Made by a program: the position numbers and the translations under genes. 60,820 nucleotides of DNA from Chiloscyllium plagiosum (lineage: Eukaryota): NCBI RefSeq assembly GCF_004010195.1, contig NC_057719.1:43330679-43391498 (forward strand), read 5' to 3'. The notes under the pieces were generated by a model. It was not told the origin of the DNA, did not search any database, and was given only the letters and a program-made list of their open reading frames with translations. Every line of letters begins with the position of its first letter. Within the stretch, counting starts at the first letter, position 1. Shown piece after piece: positions 37,130-49,752 of this stretch.

Positions 37130-37308
37130 AGCAAAGTACTGCAGACACTGGAGGTCTGAAGTAAAAACAGAAAGTGCTGGAGAAGCTCCGAAAGTGACAG
37201 AGATGGCAACATCAGTGGGCTGAAGAAAAAGAGTCAACATTTCAAACTCAATATGACTCTTCTTCAAAATGAAGAACTTCCTCAAGTACTTTCTGGTTTT
37301 GTTTCAGT
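37130..37308 (-). mobile_element. Old PLE terminus with decayed hammerhead and short inverted arm
   Basis: Minus strand tgaagaagagtcatattgagtttgaaatgttgactc; right end tctggttttgtttcag inverted to ctgaagtaaaaacagaa. Confidence 0.6.
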
Positions 37309-37734
37309 CAAATTCTTATTCAAGAAACAAAGAATTAAGAAGTCAATTACTGTGGTATTTATAATGATGACTGCAAAGTTTTGTAGAAGGCCAACTTTAA
37401 ATCAACTTCAGAATAGACAGACGTAAGTGACGTGAAACAATTGACGAATTCAATGCGTCAATTTAAAATTCCAGAAAGTGATTTACTGAAGCTGACTTAT
37501 GGTCATTACTTCCATGTCTATTAATTCCTTTAACAAATGCACGTGCAGACAAACCCAAATGGTATATCATTAATCCACAGTTAGATGATGGATACAAATT
37601 CAAAGTTATTGTTGCAGTCCCCAGTAGCATCTTCAAATGTTTGACTCTGCACCGACTGTTGCAGGCATAAACAGGGCCAATAGCACTCCAAAATCTGTAT
37701 AAAGTGCTGCTTGTCTCAGTCACCAAAACAATGT

Positions 37735-37880
37735 CAAAACTCAAAGTGCTGGAGGAACTCAGCATGTCTGACAGCATCTGTTAAGAAGGAAATAAAGTTA
37801 ATGTTTCAAGTCCGCTATGACTTTTGAGTCCTGCATGATGCGACTATGAAGATATCCACTCTGTTTCTCTCCACCAACCT
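37735..37880 (-). mobile_element. Old PLE terminus remnant
   Basis: gtgctggaggaactcagc...gcatctg...gttaatgtttcaagtcc matches 44500-44570. Confidence 0.55.
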
Positions 37881-38509
37881 TTGCTCAGGGAATTCAAGAT
37901 CTTGGACATGGTCAATTAGCTCCATGGGGCAGTCAGAGTTAGCATCCCCTCCACATAAGGGGTGAGGAGCCAAACATCAGGCAGCTCACTACCATAGCTC
38001 ATTCGGTCCTTTTGAAAGTTGTTCCCTCCTAGTGTCTGAGTTAAAAGGGCAACCCCTAGTTTTAATGTTTTAATCAGCATAACCAGGCAAACATGGCCTC
38101 AGTTCAGTATTCCATGTGCACAACAGAAATGCTTCCAGTTGTTGAGCACAATAGGAAAATTGGTACAAAGTCAACTTTTTAAAACTTAAAATTAAAAGTA
38201 CTGTTTTAGAATATTTTGATTGTCTCAGCTGCTATGGTGGAACTTGTTCCATGTGTCAAAATGTGAGTGGAGTTCTCAGAGCAAGGTTTGGATGTGGACT
38301 AGCCTGAAGCCTCATCAGTGAAGTGGAAGCGCTTAGTAAATATAACATACTTCTATAGATTTGTAAATGACAAAGAAGGAAGAAGCAACAAAAAACATTG
38401 ACATTTGTCTGTGTTGCTAGGCATGGACAGTCTCAAGAAAGAGTGACATAATTATAATGTGTTAACATAGTGGCAGAAGCATGTGAGCATTGCGCACCCT
38501 CTGCACTTG

Positions 38510-38670
38510 TCAAGATTGAAGTCAATCGATTTTTGGATAGTGAGGAATTCAAAGGATATGTGAATAGTGTTGGAAAGTTGTGTCAACTGAAAAGCTTATC
38601 TGCGATCTTCTTGAACGGTGGAATAAGCTCAAAAGGACATTTTGCCTGCTCCTGTTTCTATTTCTTACAT
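38510..38670 (+). mobile_element. CR1 3' tail
   Basis: KIEVNRFLDSEEFKGY plus 3' UTR. Confidence 0.7.
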
Positions 38671-40551
38671 CACATTCTTAAGTGGGTGAAAGAAGCAAAC
38701 ACACGAGGGGCATTACAGCATGAAGACATTCAGAGGCAGAGCAGTCAAAGTCATTGGGGCCTAACCTTCAGGTCCTTTTCAGTAGTTTCTAGAGACCTTA
38801 GTATCATCGTCCATTTAGCTGTACACATGATGGTGAGTTACTGATGCACAGTTTGTATCAACATTTCATTATCATTCTGCTTGAGGCTGACAAGAAGTAA
38901 CAAAGAAACTTGACCTTTGTCTCTGTTGCTGGGTCACTGCAGGTGCAGGGTATCTACATTGAGCACACGTAGCCTTGCGTGATCCCCACCAGGAACCACA
39001 CTGTTTCTCAACAGGAAAGGTTCTGATTAACTCAACGTGCAACTGACTTCTGACCACAGAGAATGAATCATGTAGTTCTGTGCTCAGTTTCCTGGCAGTG
39101 ATGGAAACATTTTCTTACTGCACTAGGCCTTAATACTGAACTGTGTACCAGACAGACTGTTGGTGAATTGCCTTCACTGTCTTGTTCATGTCTTCTGACA
39201 GCAGCCTGGCACAGCCACTGAGGGCCAAGGTATTGAGATCTATGCACCAACAAGAATTCTGGTTGAAATCTTTGGTGTATTGAAATAACTATTTGATGTC
39301 TGCTCAGCATGAGAAAGATCCTTCAGTACAGAACAGATTGAGTCTCAAGATTTGGTATTCTTGGCTTTATCAGTCACAATCTGGCCATCCAAAGAGTAAC
39401 TGAAGTTAATTGAGGAAGAAGAATTGGACAAGAACTATGATGATGGATATAAAGAGTGGGGTAGTACAGAAGCAGAGCACTGTCAAACAGTGTTACAAAT
39501 TTACAACCTGTAAGAAAGCAAAATATTGAGGGATTCACCTAAATAATTTCTTCCTTGGTTACAGCACTGAAAACTCCATCCTTTAATTTGACCCAAATAC
39601 TGATACCCACCATGTCACTGCCATCAAGCTTACAATCAGCAGCTATGTCAAACATTTCAATTTCACCAAACTCCATTCTTCATTTCACAAATGGATATCT
39701 TTGAATCAACATTATGCAAAGGCCTGGGACCTACCTTTGGTACTTCATTGCTTATTCCAGTGCTCCCATGAGATAGCTATCCTAGGACCCTCTGTTTGGA
39801 AGGTGGGAGGCTGCTGTTGGGAATTTGGAGGCTGGGCCATTAACTTGTGAATCTCTAACTCCATTGAATGTCCAATTGAAATATGTTGGAACTGAACTTC
39901 ACATTACCAAACCTGCCATCTGACTGAGTGGCTGTAAGTAAAAGGGTGATGGTAGTGGGTAAGGCAAAGAGGGAGGGAGGGGGGGCAGGCATACTGCAAT
40001 TCTGAAAAGTTAGTACAGGAGCTAATAGTGCCTTTGAAGCATGGCTACACTACAGTTCTGCATGGAAATAGAGTGCAGACATGTTGGAAGACTATGCAGC
40101 TCAATTTGTGTTCTCCTTCAGGAGGAAATATACATGAAGGGTGCTGGATCCCAAAGCCAAGCTGGCTAAGTGTAGGCCATTCACCCCTTCAAACCTATAT
40201 CAGCATTTTAACAGGTGATGGCTGATCTGTACCTACTTATCAGTCTTTAATGCACAACCAGTGACACCTAATGTCATAAAAAGTTTGTAATTGACCCAGC
40301 ATCAATCAAGCTTATTGGAAAAGAATTCCAGATTGTCACACCTTGTATGCGACCTATTTTTAAAATGATATCCTTTCATTCTGATTTCCTCAACCAGAAT
40401 AAATATTCCAAAATAAAAATAATGCAGCTGCTGGAAATCCGAATGGAAATGCTTAGTAAATCATGATGTGAAGGTGCCGGCGTTGGACTGGAGTGGACAA
40501 AGTTAAAAATCACACAACACCAGGTTATAGTCCAACAGGTTTATTTGGAAG

Positions 40552-40586
40552 CACTAGCTTTCGGAGCGCTGCTCCTTCATCAGGTA
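40552..40586 (-). ncRNA. Minimal hammerhead motif (family B), intact
   Basis: Minus strand UAC CUGAUGA A GGAGC agc GCUCC GAAA GCUA GUG. Confidence 0.75.
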
Positions 40587-40641
40587 GCTAGTGGAGCAGG
40601 ATCATAGCAGGATCTGTGTCCTATGATCCTGCTCCACTACC

Positions 40642-40675
40642 TATCTGATGAGGGAGAGCGCTCCGAAAGCTTGTA
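40642..40675 (+). ncRNA. Hammerhead motif (family B), partly mutated
   Basis: UAU CUGAUGA G GGAG agcg CUCC GAAA GCUU GUA. Confidence 0.6.
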
Positions 40676-40954
40676 CTTCCAAATAAGCTTGTTGGACTAT
40701 AACCTGGTGTTGTGTGATTTTTAACTTAGTAAATTAGGCAGCATTAGTAGAGAGGAAAACAAGAATTAGTGTTTCAGGTTGATGACCTTCTGTCACAACT
40801 GATAAAAAAAATTCTCTCTTGTTTTTATCAATTCCTTTTGTCTTTTTAATCATCTCAATTAGTTGACCCCTAAAATCAGGTCTTTCGCAATAGACAAATA
40901 CTGATGAAGGAAAACTATATTGTTTTCTCAGCAACCAAGTGATGCAACTAACAG

Positions 40955-41155
40955 GGTAAGTTAGCTCAGTTGGTTAGAGGCTGGTTAGTGATGTTAACAG
41001 TATATGTTCAATTCCCATGTGAGCTGAGGCCACCAGGAAGGTCTCTCTTTCTTAAGCTTTCTACCCACCAGAAAAGTGATGGCCCTCAAGTTAAACCACC
41101 ACCAGTTGTGTTTCTCTATTGAGAGAGAAGCCCTGTGGTCTGAGATGACTTTACC
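40955..41155 (+). mobile_element. tRNA-derived SINE (related copies at ~41390-41530 and ~57485-57635)
   Basis: A-box tagctcagttgg, B-box gttcaattcc, shared body ccctcaagttaaaccac. Confidence 0.7.
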
Positions 41156-41560
41156 ATTTTATAATCAATATTATTTTTTTCCATCACCCTTGCACAAGCA
41201 GCAAAAAGGATCAGCTCTCCTTGCTAACTGAGGAATTGCTTAAATGTGACAGACAAGCTGATCGCAGTCCCATCTCCCCTCCAGTAAATCATTAAATTAT
41301 CCAGTATGAGTATCCAATTAGCGAGTTGCCAACCTGCCTACAATGTGGTACAGAATAGTTGACAGCACAGGGTACATGCCTTATACTGTTATAGTGGTTC
41401 ATGGAGGCCTATCTCTTTGACTTGCTCCACCTTAATGTGGAGTGGTGCCCCTCTCGATGAATAATCAATTGTCTCTCTCTCTCTCTCTCTGAAGCAGAGA
41501 CATGCCCATGATTCTTGGACTATGGCTAATGATCAATGAAGAGATTGTAACAATGAAAAT

Positions 41561-42071
41561 GGGCTAAATTTGAGTACCATGACCCTGATCCCAACAACAG
41601 GCTGAATGAATTCCAGGTTGGGAACCCAGAAGTCCACATTGTAGAACACCAGAGGAGAATGAGTTGGTGCCTAATTAAGGGTTTACTTGCCAGATACCAA
41701 TCCAATGAGGGATGGTGGCCAGGCTTCACAGCCAAATTGGAGGGACAAATGGAAGCCATGGTGGCCCCCGCTGTGAGAAATAGCTGCTGCTGTTGTAGGT
41801 GGGAGACCAAGTTGGTTACTTGATGGAGGTGCCCTCTGAAAACTTGTAAGCAGTACAAAATAGGTTGTCTCCACAGCTTTCATACCATAATTGCAAATGG
41901 GGAATTGATTGGATGTTTTAATTGTCCAGTGGGTGTGTAGCTGTTAGGCCCCTAAAGCCATTTCTGTGAAAACAGATTGGAGGGAGGCACATGCCAGCAG
42001 ATCAGCACACTGGTCAGAAAGCAAGAAACCACTACCAAACCTACCTCCACCTCAGAACAAAGATTCTGCCT
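41561..42071. mobile_element. Possible non-autonomous Harbinger-like element
   Basis: Degenerate terminal inverted motifs gggctaaattt ... aagattctgcct, resembling the end at 7181-7192. Confidence 0.35.
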
Positions 42072-42284
42072 GCTATGTCACTTTCTCATCTATAACTAAC
42101 CAGGGTGTGATGAGAAAATGCTTCCCTATTGTAAGGAACAGGCACTTATTCTGCCCATTGAATTAGGGAACTATATGCCCCTTGCCCTTATCAAACTATA
42201 CTTGAGGTCAGACATCTCCCATTTGTGGTTAACATGCTGGATTATTATTCTGAGGCTTGAATCTAGAGTCTGCAAGCTAAGAAC

Positions 42285-42570
42285 CACCAGATGGTAATTT
42301 AAAAATTCAAATTTATTTTAAATTAAACTTTGATATTAGTAAACAAGGCTATTAAACGGCTTGAAAGGACTCAAGTTGTCTAAGTGAATGAAAACTGTCC
42401 TCCTCTCTCTGCTTGGTGAATGTATGGTTTAACTGTGTGATTAATGTGTGACTTAACTGTCCTCTGAAATTGCCTAGCAAGCAATTAAGGAAGCTACTTT
42501 TAGGGATGGGCAAAAAATGTCAGCCTTGTCATCAATAAACACACCCTGAGAATTAATTCTTGAAAAAATG
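42285..42570 (+). mobile_element. Decayed SINE (family of 59630-59942)
   Basis: cttaactgtcctctg...gggatgggcaaaaaatg tail. Confidence 0.6.
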
Positions 42571-44451
42571 AAGGACAGCAAATATTAAAACCAAAACTGC
42601 ACAATTCAAATCTTATTGGTCAGTTTCGACTACAGATGTTAGCTGCTCACTCACTGACTATAATTAGAAATTCATGCTAGCCCACTCAGAATAGCATCTG
42701 CCACACACAAGTGGGAGATCGTGTCTTTCTGCATCTTTTGAAATTTACATGCATGCTAGAGATAATAATGAATACATTTAATTAGAACTTGCCAATTATC
42801 TTGTAATACTGAGTTAGAAGAAGTTTTCAAAATAGTTCAGTTAAGGTGATAATTACCTGAATATCATTAAATATAAAACAAAGCTAAATAATCTTTCCAT
42901 CTCATTCACTCTAACAAACAAGAACGTTTTGCACAGCATACTCGTACAGGTCAGCCTTTAGGATGAATAATATCTGGTGCCTGAGGATGTTTCCTTTTTT
43001 GCTTCAAGGTGCAAAACAGAAAGGGAATGTACATAAGCTGCCAATTTATTCTTGTAAATCACTTCAGTTGGTTTAAACATGCACTCTCAAGGAAAACATT
43101 CCCTGGGCAGCTTTAGTGCTGAGTGTCCCCTAAACACTGTACCTTAAACCCAGTCACAGTAGATGTGTAAAACTTATGGTATCACTACCAAAGAATCACT
43201 TCTGTCTTCTTGTTACCTAATTATGTCCATTATTGTATAAGACTCAGTTTGTTTCAAATTGTATTACATCTTCCAGGTAGAAACAAGACAGATACTTCAG
43301 TTACAGTACAAAACGCTTTCGCAAGGATAATGTCCTTTGACTGGGGTGTTAAACCAAAACCCTGGGGCTAAATACAATATCCAAAGGGGAACCAGTTGAA
43401 AACAGTTAATCCTCACCCACTCAATGTAATGCTGACAACGTGCACACTTAATGCTGTCTGTTGTTTTAAATGACTTCAGAATCCAATCAGCACCAATGGT
43501 ACAGCTATCTGACCGAAAGCCTAAATAAGTGTTGGCCCATTCCTTCAGGCCTTGAAGGTGGCCTTTTTTTTGGAGCTATTCCAGTCAGTTATGAACAGGA
43601 GACTAGCAAAGATTTGATGGTGATGAGGCATAGGAGTTGAAATCTTCTGAACATTGCTACTGACATTGAGACAGCTTGCAGCTGCCTCATCCGCGACCTA
43701 TATGGCATCCAAAGTCAAATTAGGGCTTTATTGCGTGGTTACGTTTTTCTTTGAGGTAAATGAACAATTGTTGCTGTGATTGAACGAGCAAGGAACAGGA
43801 AGAGCATGTGAATGACCAAGCAAGACAGAAAGAGAATGTGCATGAGCTGTCTGTAGATTCTCGTAAAACTATTATAGATTTTGTTTTCCTGTTTGCATGT
43901 GTGGGTGGAACAAAAACTGTTGCAATGTGGTCAAGGCAATTTACTGAGCCCTGCCAGTCTAAGCAGGGCGCAGCGAACCAAACAGACTTCCTTCATATTG
44001 TGCATGAAGTCACTCACTCTCACTGGGTGTGGTTATCAGAATAGACAAGATCAAGGAAGTGGAGAAAGCAGAAAGTTAGCAGGAACTCCGCAGGGTTTGC
44101 TATACATGAACAACAGTACAATCACTTTCAATGAAAATGTGCCAGTTGCTATAATTTCAATATTTTACTTGTGGCACTTCTAATAAACATTCTTGATTTG
44201 ATAAATACAATTAAGTGACTGGTCAACCAGAAATATTGCTGAAATACTTCTATCAAACTTCAATAAAGTTTATAGCATTTGAATGCAATTCTCTGCAAAA
44301 TTTCATGTTGACAATAGTTTCAACACTCCCAGCACATCAGCACCATTAAGAATGCAACAATATTCAGCCAAAAATGATAAGTTTCACATGATGATAACCT
44401 TTATGCTTTTCATCAAGGAAAACAGATAGTTATTAATGCATAACATAAATA

Positions 44452-45110
44452 AAACAAATAACTGCAGAAGCTGAAGATCTGAAACAAAAACAGAATTTGC
44501 TGGAGAAACTCAGCAGGTCCGGAAGCATCTGTGGAGAGGAAGCAGAGTTAACATTTAGAGTCAGGGACCCTCGTCAGAACTGTTAACAGCTAGAAAAAAG
44601 TGCTATTTATGTTGATGACAGGATATACAGGATATTTGGGGAGGTGGGGGGTGGGGTGTGGAGGGAGGGAGGAGTGAGCAGAAACATGGAGATGGAGCCC
44701 AGAGAGGGAGAAAGGAATTTAGTTAGTCAAAGGGATGGTTGATAGTAAGCCAGGGAATAATAAAAGTTGATAATGGGGACAATGAGTAGGTGAAACTGGG
44801 TTATCTGAAAGCAGCCTAAATCAAGGCAGGGCCTGGAGTGTTGGAGTCAGTAAAGGACATGGAAGGAGATGATCTGGCTCTAAAATTATTTAGCTTGATA
44901 TTGAGTCCTGAGGGCTGTAGAATCCCAAGTAGAAGCTAAGATGCTGTTCCTCTAGCTTGCGCGGAGCTACATTGGAGCCCAGCAGCAGGCCCTAGACAGA
45001 AATATTGGCCAGGGAACATAGTGGTGTACTGAAGTAGCAAGCAACAGGAAGATCAGTGTCATTTTTATGGACAGAATGTAGATGTTCTGCAAAACGGTCA
45101 CCTAGTTTGT
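44452..45110 (-). mobile_element. Penelope-like element, family C: GIY-YIG endonuclease C-terminus, 3' UTR and decayed hammerhead
   Basis: Minus strand KLGDRFAEHLHSVHKNDTDLPVACYF...RKLEEQHL; CUGACGA GGGUC ccu GACUC uAAA UGUU at 44577-44548. Confidence 0.85.
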
Positions 45111-45359
45111 TACATATGTGATAGTGTTATCCTATACACTTGAGCTATAATTATGTCATTATACATCTCCAGTCAATATTAGTTTTATGGTGAGAGAGCA
45201 GAGTTGATCAAATTACTTGAAAAAGGAAAAAAATCTTTCTGCTGTCTAATTCACCTGATTGGATAATGTGCCACTCTTTAATAACAAAAAAATAGCTGGT
45301 ACCTCTGCCAACACTGGATTTCCACATTATTCTGTTGAAGTGTTTGTTTAGTCTTTTAA

Positions 45360-46300
45360 CTATTCTTGTGTGAGCTGTGGCCATCACTAGCAAGGCCAGC
45401 ATTTGTTGCCTTTCTCTATTTTCCCTTGAAAAAGTAGCAATGGGCTACCTTCTTGAACTACAGCAGTCCATCTAGTCCAAGGACATCCCACAGCACTGTT
45501 AGGAGTTAGGTTCCAATATTTTAATTACAAAGAACAATACAGCACAGGTGCAAGCCTTTCGGCCCTCGTGACAGTAAAGGAAAGTGGTATAGTTCCAAGT
45601 CAGGATGGTGTATAGTTTGTAGGGGATCTTGCAAGTGATGGAAATCCCAAGCCTTTCTCTGTGTTTGTCCTTCTAGGCATTGAGATCATAGGTTTAGAAT
45701 GCACTGTTGATGGAACCTTCTTGTTGCTGCATTGCATCTTGCATGTTTTTAAATTTGGTAGTTGAAGGAAATTCATGACATGCTTCAGGTTGTAGATGGT
45801 GAACAAAGTAAATCAGCTGCTTTGACCTGGATGACATCCAGTCACTTCAGTGTTGTTGGAGATACACTCATCCAGGCAAGAGAGGAACATTCCATCACTC
45901 TACTAACTTGTGTTGTATGTGGTAGACTAACCGGAGTTGACTTGCATGCCACTAAATTCCCAGCTTCCACATTGTCCTGGTAGCCATAGTATTTATAATG
46001 CTGGTTCAGTTCAGTTTCTGGTCAATGGTGGCCCCAGGATTTTGATGGTGGTGGATTGAGTAACGGCAATGTCATTAAACATGAGGGAATGACAGTAAGA
46101 ATCTCTTGTCAGGGATAAGTTATTCTCTGGAAATTGCATGGTGCAAATATTCTTACCACTTATCAAAGCCCAAGGCTCCTTGTGGATGTGTACTGATTCA
46201 GAATCTGAGGAATTGAGGATGTTGCCGAACATTGTATAATCATCAGCAAACATCTCCACTTCCAGCTTATAATGGAGGCAGCTGAAAATAGCTGGACCTG
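45360..46300 (-). mobile_element. CR1/L2-superfamily LINE RT and 3' end (family of 21770-23850)
   Basis: MFADDYTMF, TIKILG, MECSSLAWMS remnants. Confidence 0.75.
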
Positions 46301-47143
46301 TGACAAAGAAATGCAGGTATGAAAAGGTTCATTCTAAATAATTCTTAAAACTTCTTTAAAGAAACAATAATTTTGGCAGATAGCAGTACTGTGATACATG
46401 ATGTAACTTGTGACATCCGTAATTCATTCAGGTTCACAAGAGATTTGTGGCTACAATGAGGCTTCTGAAAGAAAGGAGAAACTAGAAAAATAATTCAACT
46501 AAATTATAGAGAAAAAAAACCAGTGTCAAAAGTACTGGTTTGAATTGAACATCTGTATTCGCACTGTCTCATGAATTGGATATGGTATTTCCGATTGCAA
46601 AGTGTCAAGAAGTAAATATTTAAAATATAATTACTAAATTATTAATATATCATTAGATAAAGTAAATCAGAAATTAAATCATTAAGTAACTTTTGAAAAA
46701 TTGAAAGCGCTGTCTGTGTGCAATAATTGAAAAGGGGAATACAAATACTGAGATGTATGAACAGATATATGAAATGTCAATATAATGAACAATTTATTTA
46801 AAGAACTAAATTTTGAACAGACATTGTAGAAAGTATTTGGAGAAGGTCAAAAAAGAAATTTCATGTTTTTGGATGATTAAACTATGGAGAAATACCAAGA
46901 GAATTTGGTTAATTAGCTGCATCAATCTAAGTTTTGTAGTTACACTGGAATAGCTTGGCTGCGGTATAAGTGGGAGCAGGGTTTTGCTTATGATGATCAT
47001 ACATCATCATATTGAACAGTATTGCAGGCTTGAAATGACCTACTCCTGTTCTGATATTTCTAAGATGGGGATCTTCGGCTGAAACAGACTCATCCAAGTG
47101 CACGGCACAGAAAAAGACATCTCAACACAGGAATTCTGTGCCT

Positions 47144-47183
47144 GAATTCTGAGGAAGAGTCACTCGACCCGAAACGTTAATTC
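47144..47183 (+). ncRNA. Minimal hammerhead motif (family C)
   Basis: GAAUU CUGAGGA A GAGUC acuc GACCC GAAA CGUU AAUUC: 5-bp helix I, helix II with one mismatch, ACGU palindrome, predicted cut after GUU. Confidence 0.7.
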
Positions 47184-47250
47184 TGATTTCTCTCCACAGA
47201 TGGTGCCAGACATGCTGAGCTTTACCAGCAATTTCTGGGTTTGTTTTTGA
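47144..47250 (+). mobile_element. PLE family C terminus beginning at its hammerhead
   Basis: Reverse complement of 44480-44580. Confidence 0.75.
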
Positions 47251-48214
47251 ATTATATGTTGTTTGGTTCAGTTGCAAGCAGGCACAGTTAGTATTAGTCT
47301 CATCTCAGAGTCAGAAAAGTTCAAACTCCATAATAGATTTCAGCAGCAGTAGCTTGCAATACACAAAAGTAAGCAATTTTATAATCAATAGATCAATCAT
47401 TGCTCTGCAATCTTACCAGATTGCTGGATGCAAGTGCTTACATTTTCTGCTGCTTCTTAATACATAAAAAGATCTGGATGATAGTTTTATTGGTCTGTAT
47501 TAAAATGAGTTTATTTTAAAGAATGACTTATAGTAAAGGAAGTGGAAGTAATGAATAATTGACTTTTTTAAAAAAATTAACACATCCAATTGTCACCATG
47601 TAGTTTATTAGGCATTAGGTGAAGGGACGTGGAAGTGCCATAGCTTGACATGGGGTTAGCGGGAGCCATGTAGCATGAGTGTGGTACACAATTTGGTATG
47701 GAAGTTATCAGGGTGGGTTCAAAGGTATTGGTAGGCATGGATAAGACTTTTTGAACTTATCTTTTAAAAGATTCTTTCATCCAGGCCATGATTCATGACA
47801 TTTTTGTGGTCCTATGAACCACAACACTTTAAAAAGCTGACATGACTCCATGAAAGTTGTAAATGATTAGGATATGCCTCTCCTTGTTGTGGAACCAGAC
47901 ATATCAAAGGTACAGAGTGCATTCTACATCGACACAGTCAAAAGTTAGAAACCCTGAGAACCCCAGAATTGGGTCCAAGTTACATTTTCAACCCTCTGTG
48001 GAATCTTCTCCAATTCAATGGAAATCCATTCCGATATTGCCAACATTATTACTCGATGCAAGGACCAGCCCAGATGCACACTCCATTCTGAGTCATTTAT
48101 CATTGCACATGGGAAGAGCCAGAAATAGTGTTTGAAGAAAAAGTGACTACAGCTGAACAGAGGCCTAGTACACCATAATCCTTAATGAATCACTGTCCTG
48201 ACAAAGAAACAAGA

Positions 48215-48645
48215 AGAATATATGAAGAAAGATTGAAAAGAGAAAAGAAAAAAAGGCTTTTCTCATTGGAGTGAAGAAGGATGAGAGGTGACTCGACAGA
48301 GGTGTATAAGATGATGAGAAGCATAGATAGAGTAGATAGCCAGAGACTTTTTCCCAAGGCAGAAATAGCTATCACAAGATAATTTTAAGAAGGTTGGAGG
48401 AGTTTAGGGAAAATGTCAGAGGTAGGTTCTTTACACAGAGAGCGGTGGGTGTGTGGAATGCACTGCCAGCAGTGGTAATAGAGTCAGATATATTAGGGAC
48501 ATTTAAGGACTCTTGGAAAGGCACATGAATGATAATAAAATGAAGAATATGTTGGTTAGTTTGATCTTACTGGAGTGTAAAAGGTCGGTACATTGAGGGC
48601 CGAAGGGCCTGTACCGTGCTATACTATTCTATGTTCTATGTTCTT
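48215..48645 (+). mobile_element. CR1 3' end
   Basis: RMRGDSTEVYKMMRSIDRVDSQRLFP, FFTQRAVGVWNALP; (tatgttc)n tail. Confidence 0.9.
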
Positions 48646-48884
48646 AACAGAAGTCATGTAAGGATATGAGTGGGTTAATACTTAAAATCTATTTGCGCTG
48701 GTTTGTGACTTTATAATGAGAGAGCATAAAGTTAATATTAATAGTAGAAGCATAGAGGAGGAGATTTGAAGGCGTATTATTGTCACTTAGCCTATGGAAG
48801 TTTTTGATACAAATGGCTATTGCAGCTGGGCCAATTACAGCATTTAAAATGGTTATGTGAATAGGTTGAAAGCACAGTTATTTT

Positions 48885-49098
48885 GAACTTCTTTTTTCTT
48901 ATTTTTCTAATTTTTTACGATGATCTGTAAAACTGGACTTTTTATTTCTTTATTTTTCTCAACTTCTCCCGAAGTATTTGTACTTAACAACTGTACATAG
49001 GTACCTTTGTGCCTAAGATGGTGCCATAAGTAGCGACTTGTAAACTTTTCACTTCACTCGTTTGAAGACATGTGACGATAAAGCTAAATTATTCATTC
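48885..49098 (+). mobile_element. Short repeat with Rex1-like 3' tail
   Basis: acttttcact...acatgtgacgataaa resembles the end of the Rex1 copy at 31220-31260. Confidence 0.45.
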
Positions 49099-49644
49099 GA
49101 ATATCAGGTCAATTAGACAAGTACTTATTAAAGGGTACAGGAAAACAGGAAGTGAATTGCTTACTCCGGTTTAGTAATAGCACTGACATAAGCATTCTGT
49201 TCCAAATTGCCTATCTTTGTTGCATCATTTACTTTCTTCTCGTATATATTACATACTAGTGGATTTCAAGATTGTCTGTTCTGCAAACTGCCAGGAAGCA
49301 GCATGTAGGTCATTGGCATCAACAAGGAAGATCTCACATATGAAGCAACTTAGAAAGAGATTCACATTTGTCACTACGTTGTAATGGCTTCCACTTTCAA
49401 GAACCGTGGTCAATTCCAGATTATAGTATCCATAAAAACACAAACTTAAATATAGAATTTCTGGAATGGAGAATGATTCTCTACTAACTGCTAATCTAAT
49501 AATGCAACTGTCTGTGACAAATGCAGACAGTAGTCTCCTAAGGAATCCTACTGCAAGAATAAAATATATCAAAACCAGCAACAGACAAGATTCATTCAAT
49601 CTACAATATGTCGATAATAGAAAGCTGGTGAAGACACATATTTG

Positions 49645-49752
49645 AGCTGAAAATGTGTTGCTGGAAAAGCGCAGCAGATCAGGCAGCAGGAGAATCGACG
49701 TTTCGGGCATGAGCTCTTCATCTCCAGCATCTGCAGTCCTCACTTTCTCCTA
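49645..49752. mobile_element. Internally collapsed family-A PLE hairpin
   Basis: Minus-orientation arm fused to plus-orientation tail; duplication gaagacacatatttg at 49630-49644 and 49753-49767. Confidence 0.88.

Larger units (their letters stand above)
40462..40727. mobile_element. Fold-back PLE derivative, family B, with two hammerhead motifs
   Basis: Arms ~40500-40607 and 40621-40727 are imperfect reverse complements; ~38-nt tail on the left; cttagtaaat duplicated at 40452-40461 and 40725-40734. Confidence 0.88.
40410..40800 (-). mobile_element. Old PLE terminus hosting a younger family-B hairpin
   Basis: tgcagctgctggaaatc...[insert]...ggcagcatt...gtttcaggttgatgaccttctgtca. Confidence 0.6.

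Noticed and set aside
43620..43691. C/D box snoRNA (GTGATGA ... CTGA)
   Set aside because: No D box adjacent to a terminal stem; the inverted repeat overlaps the putative C box
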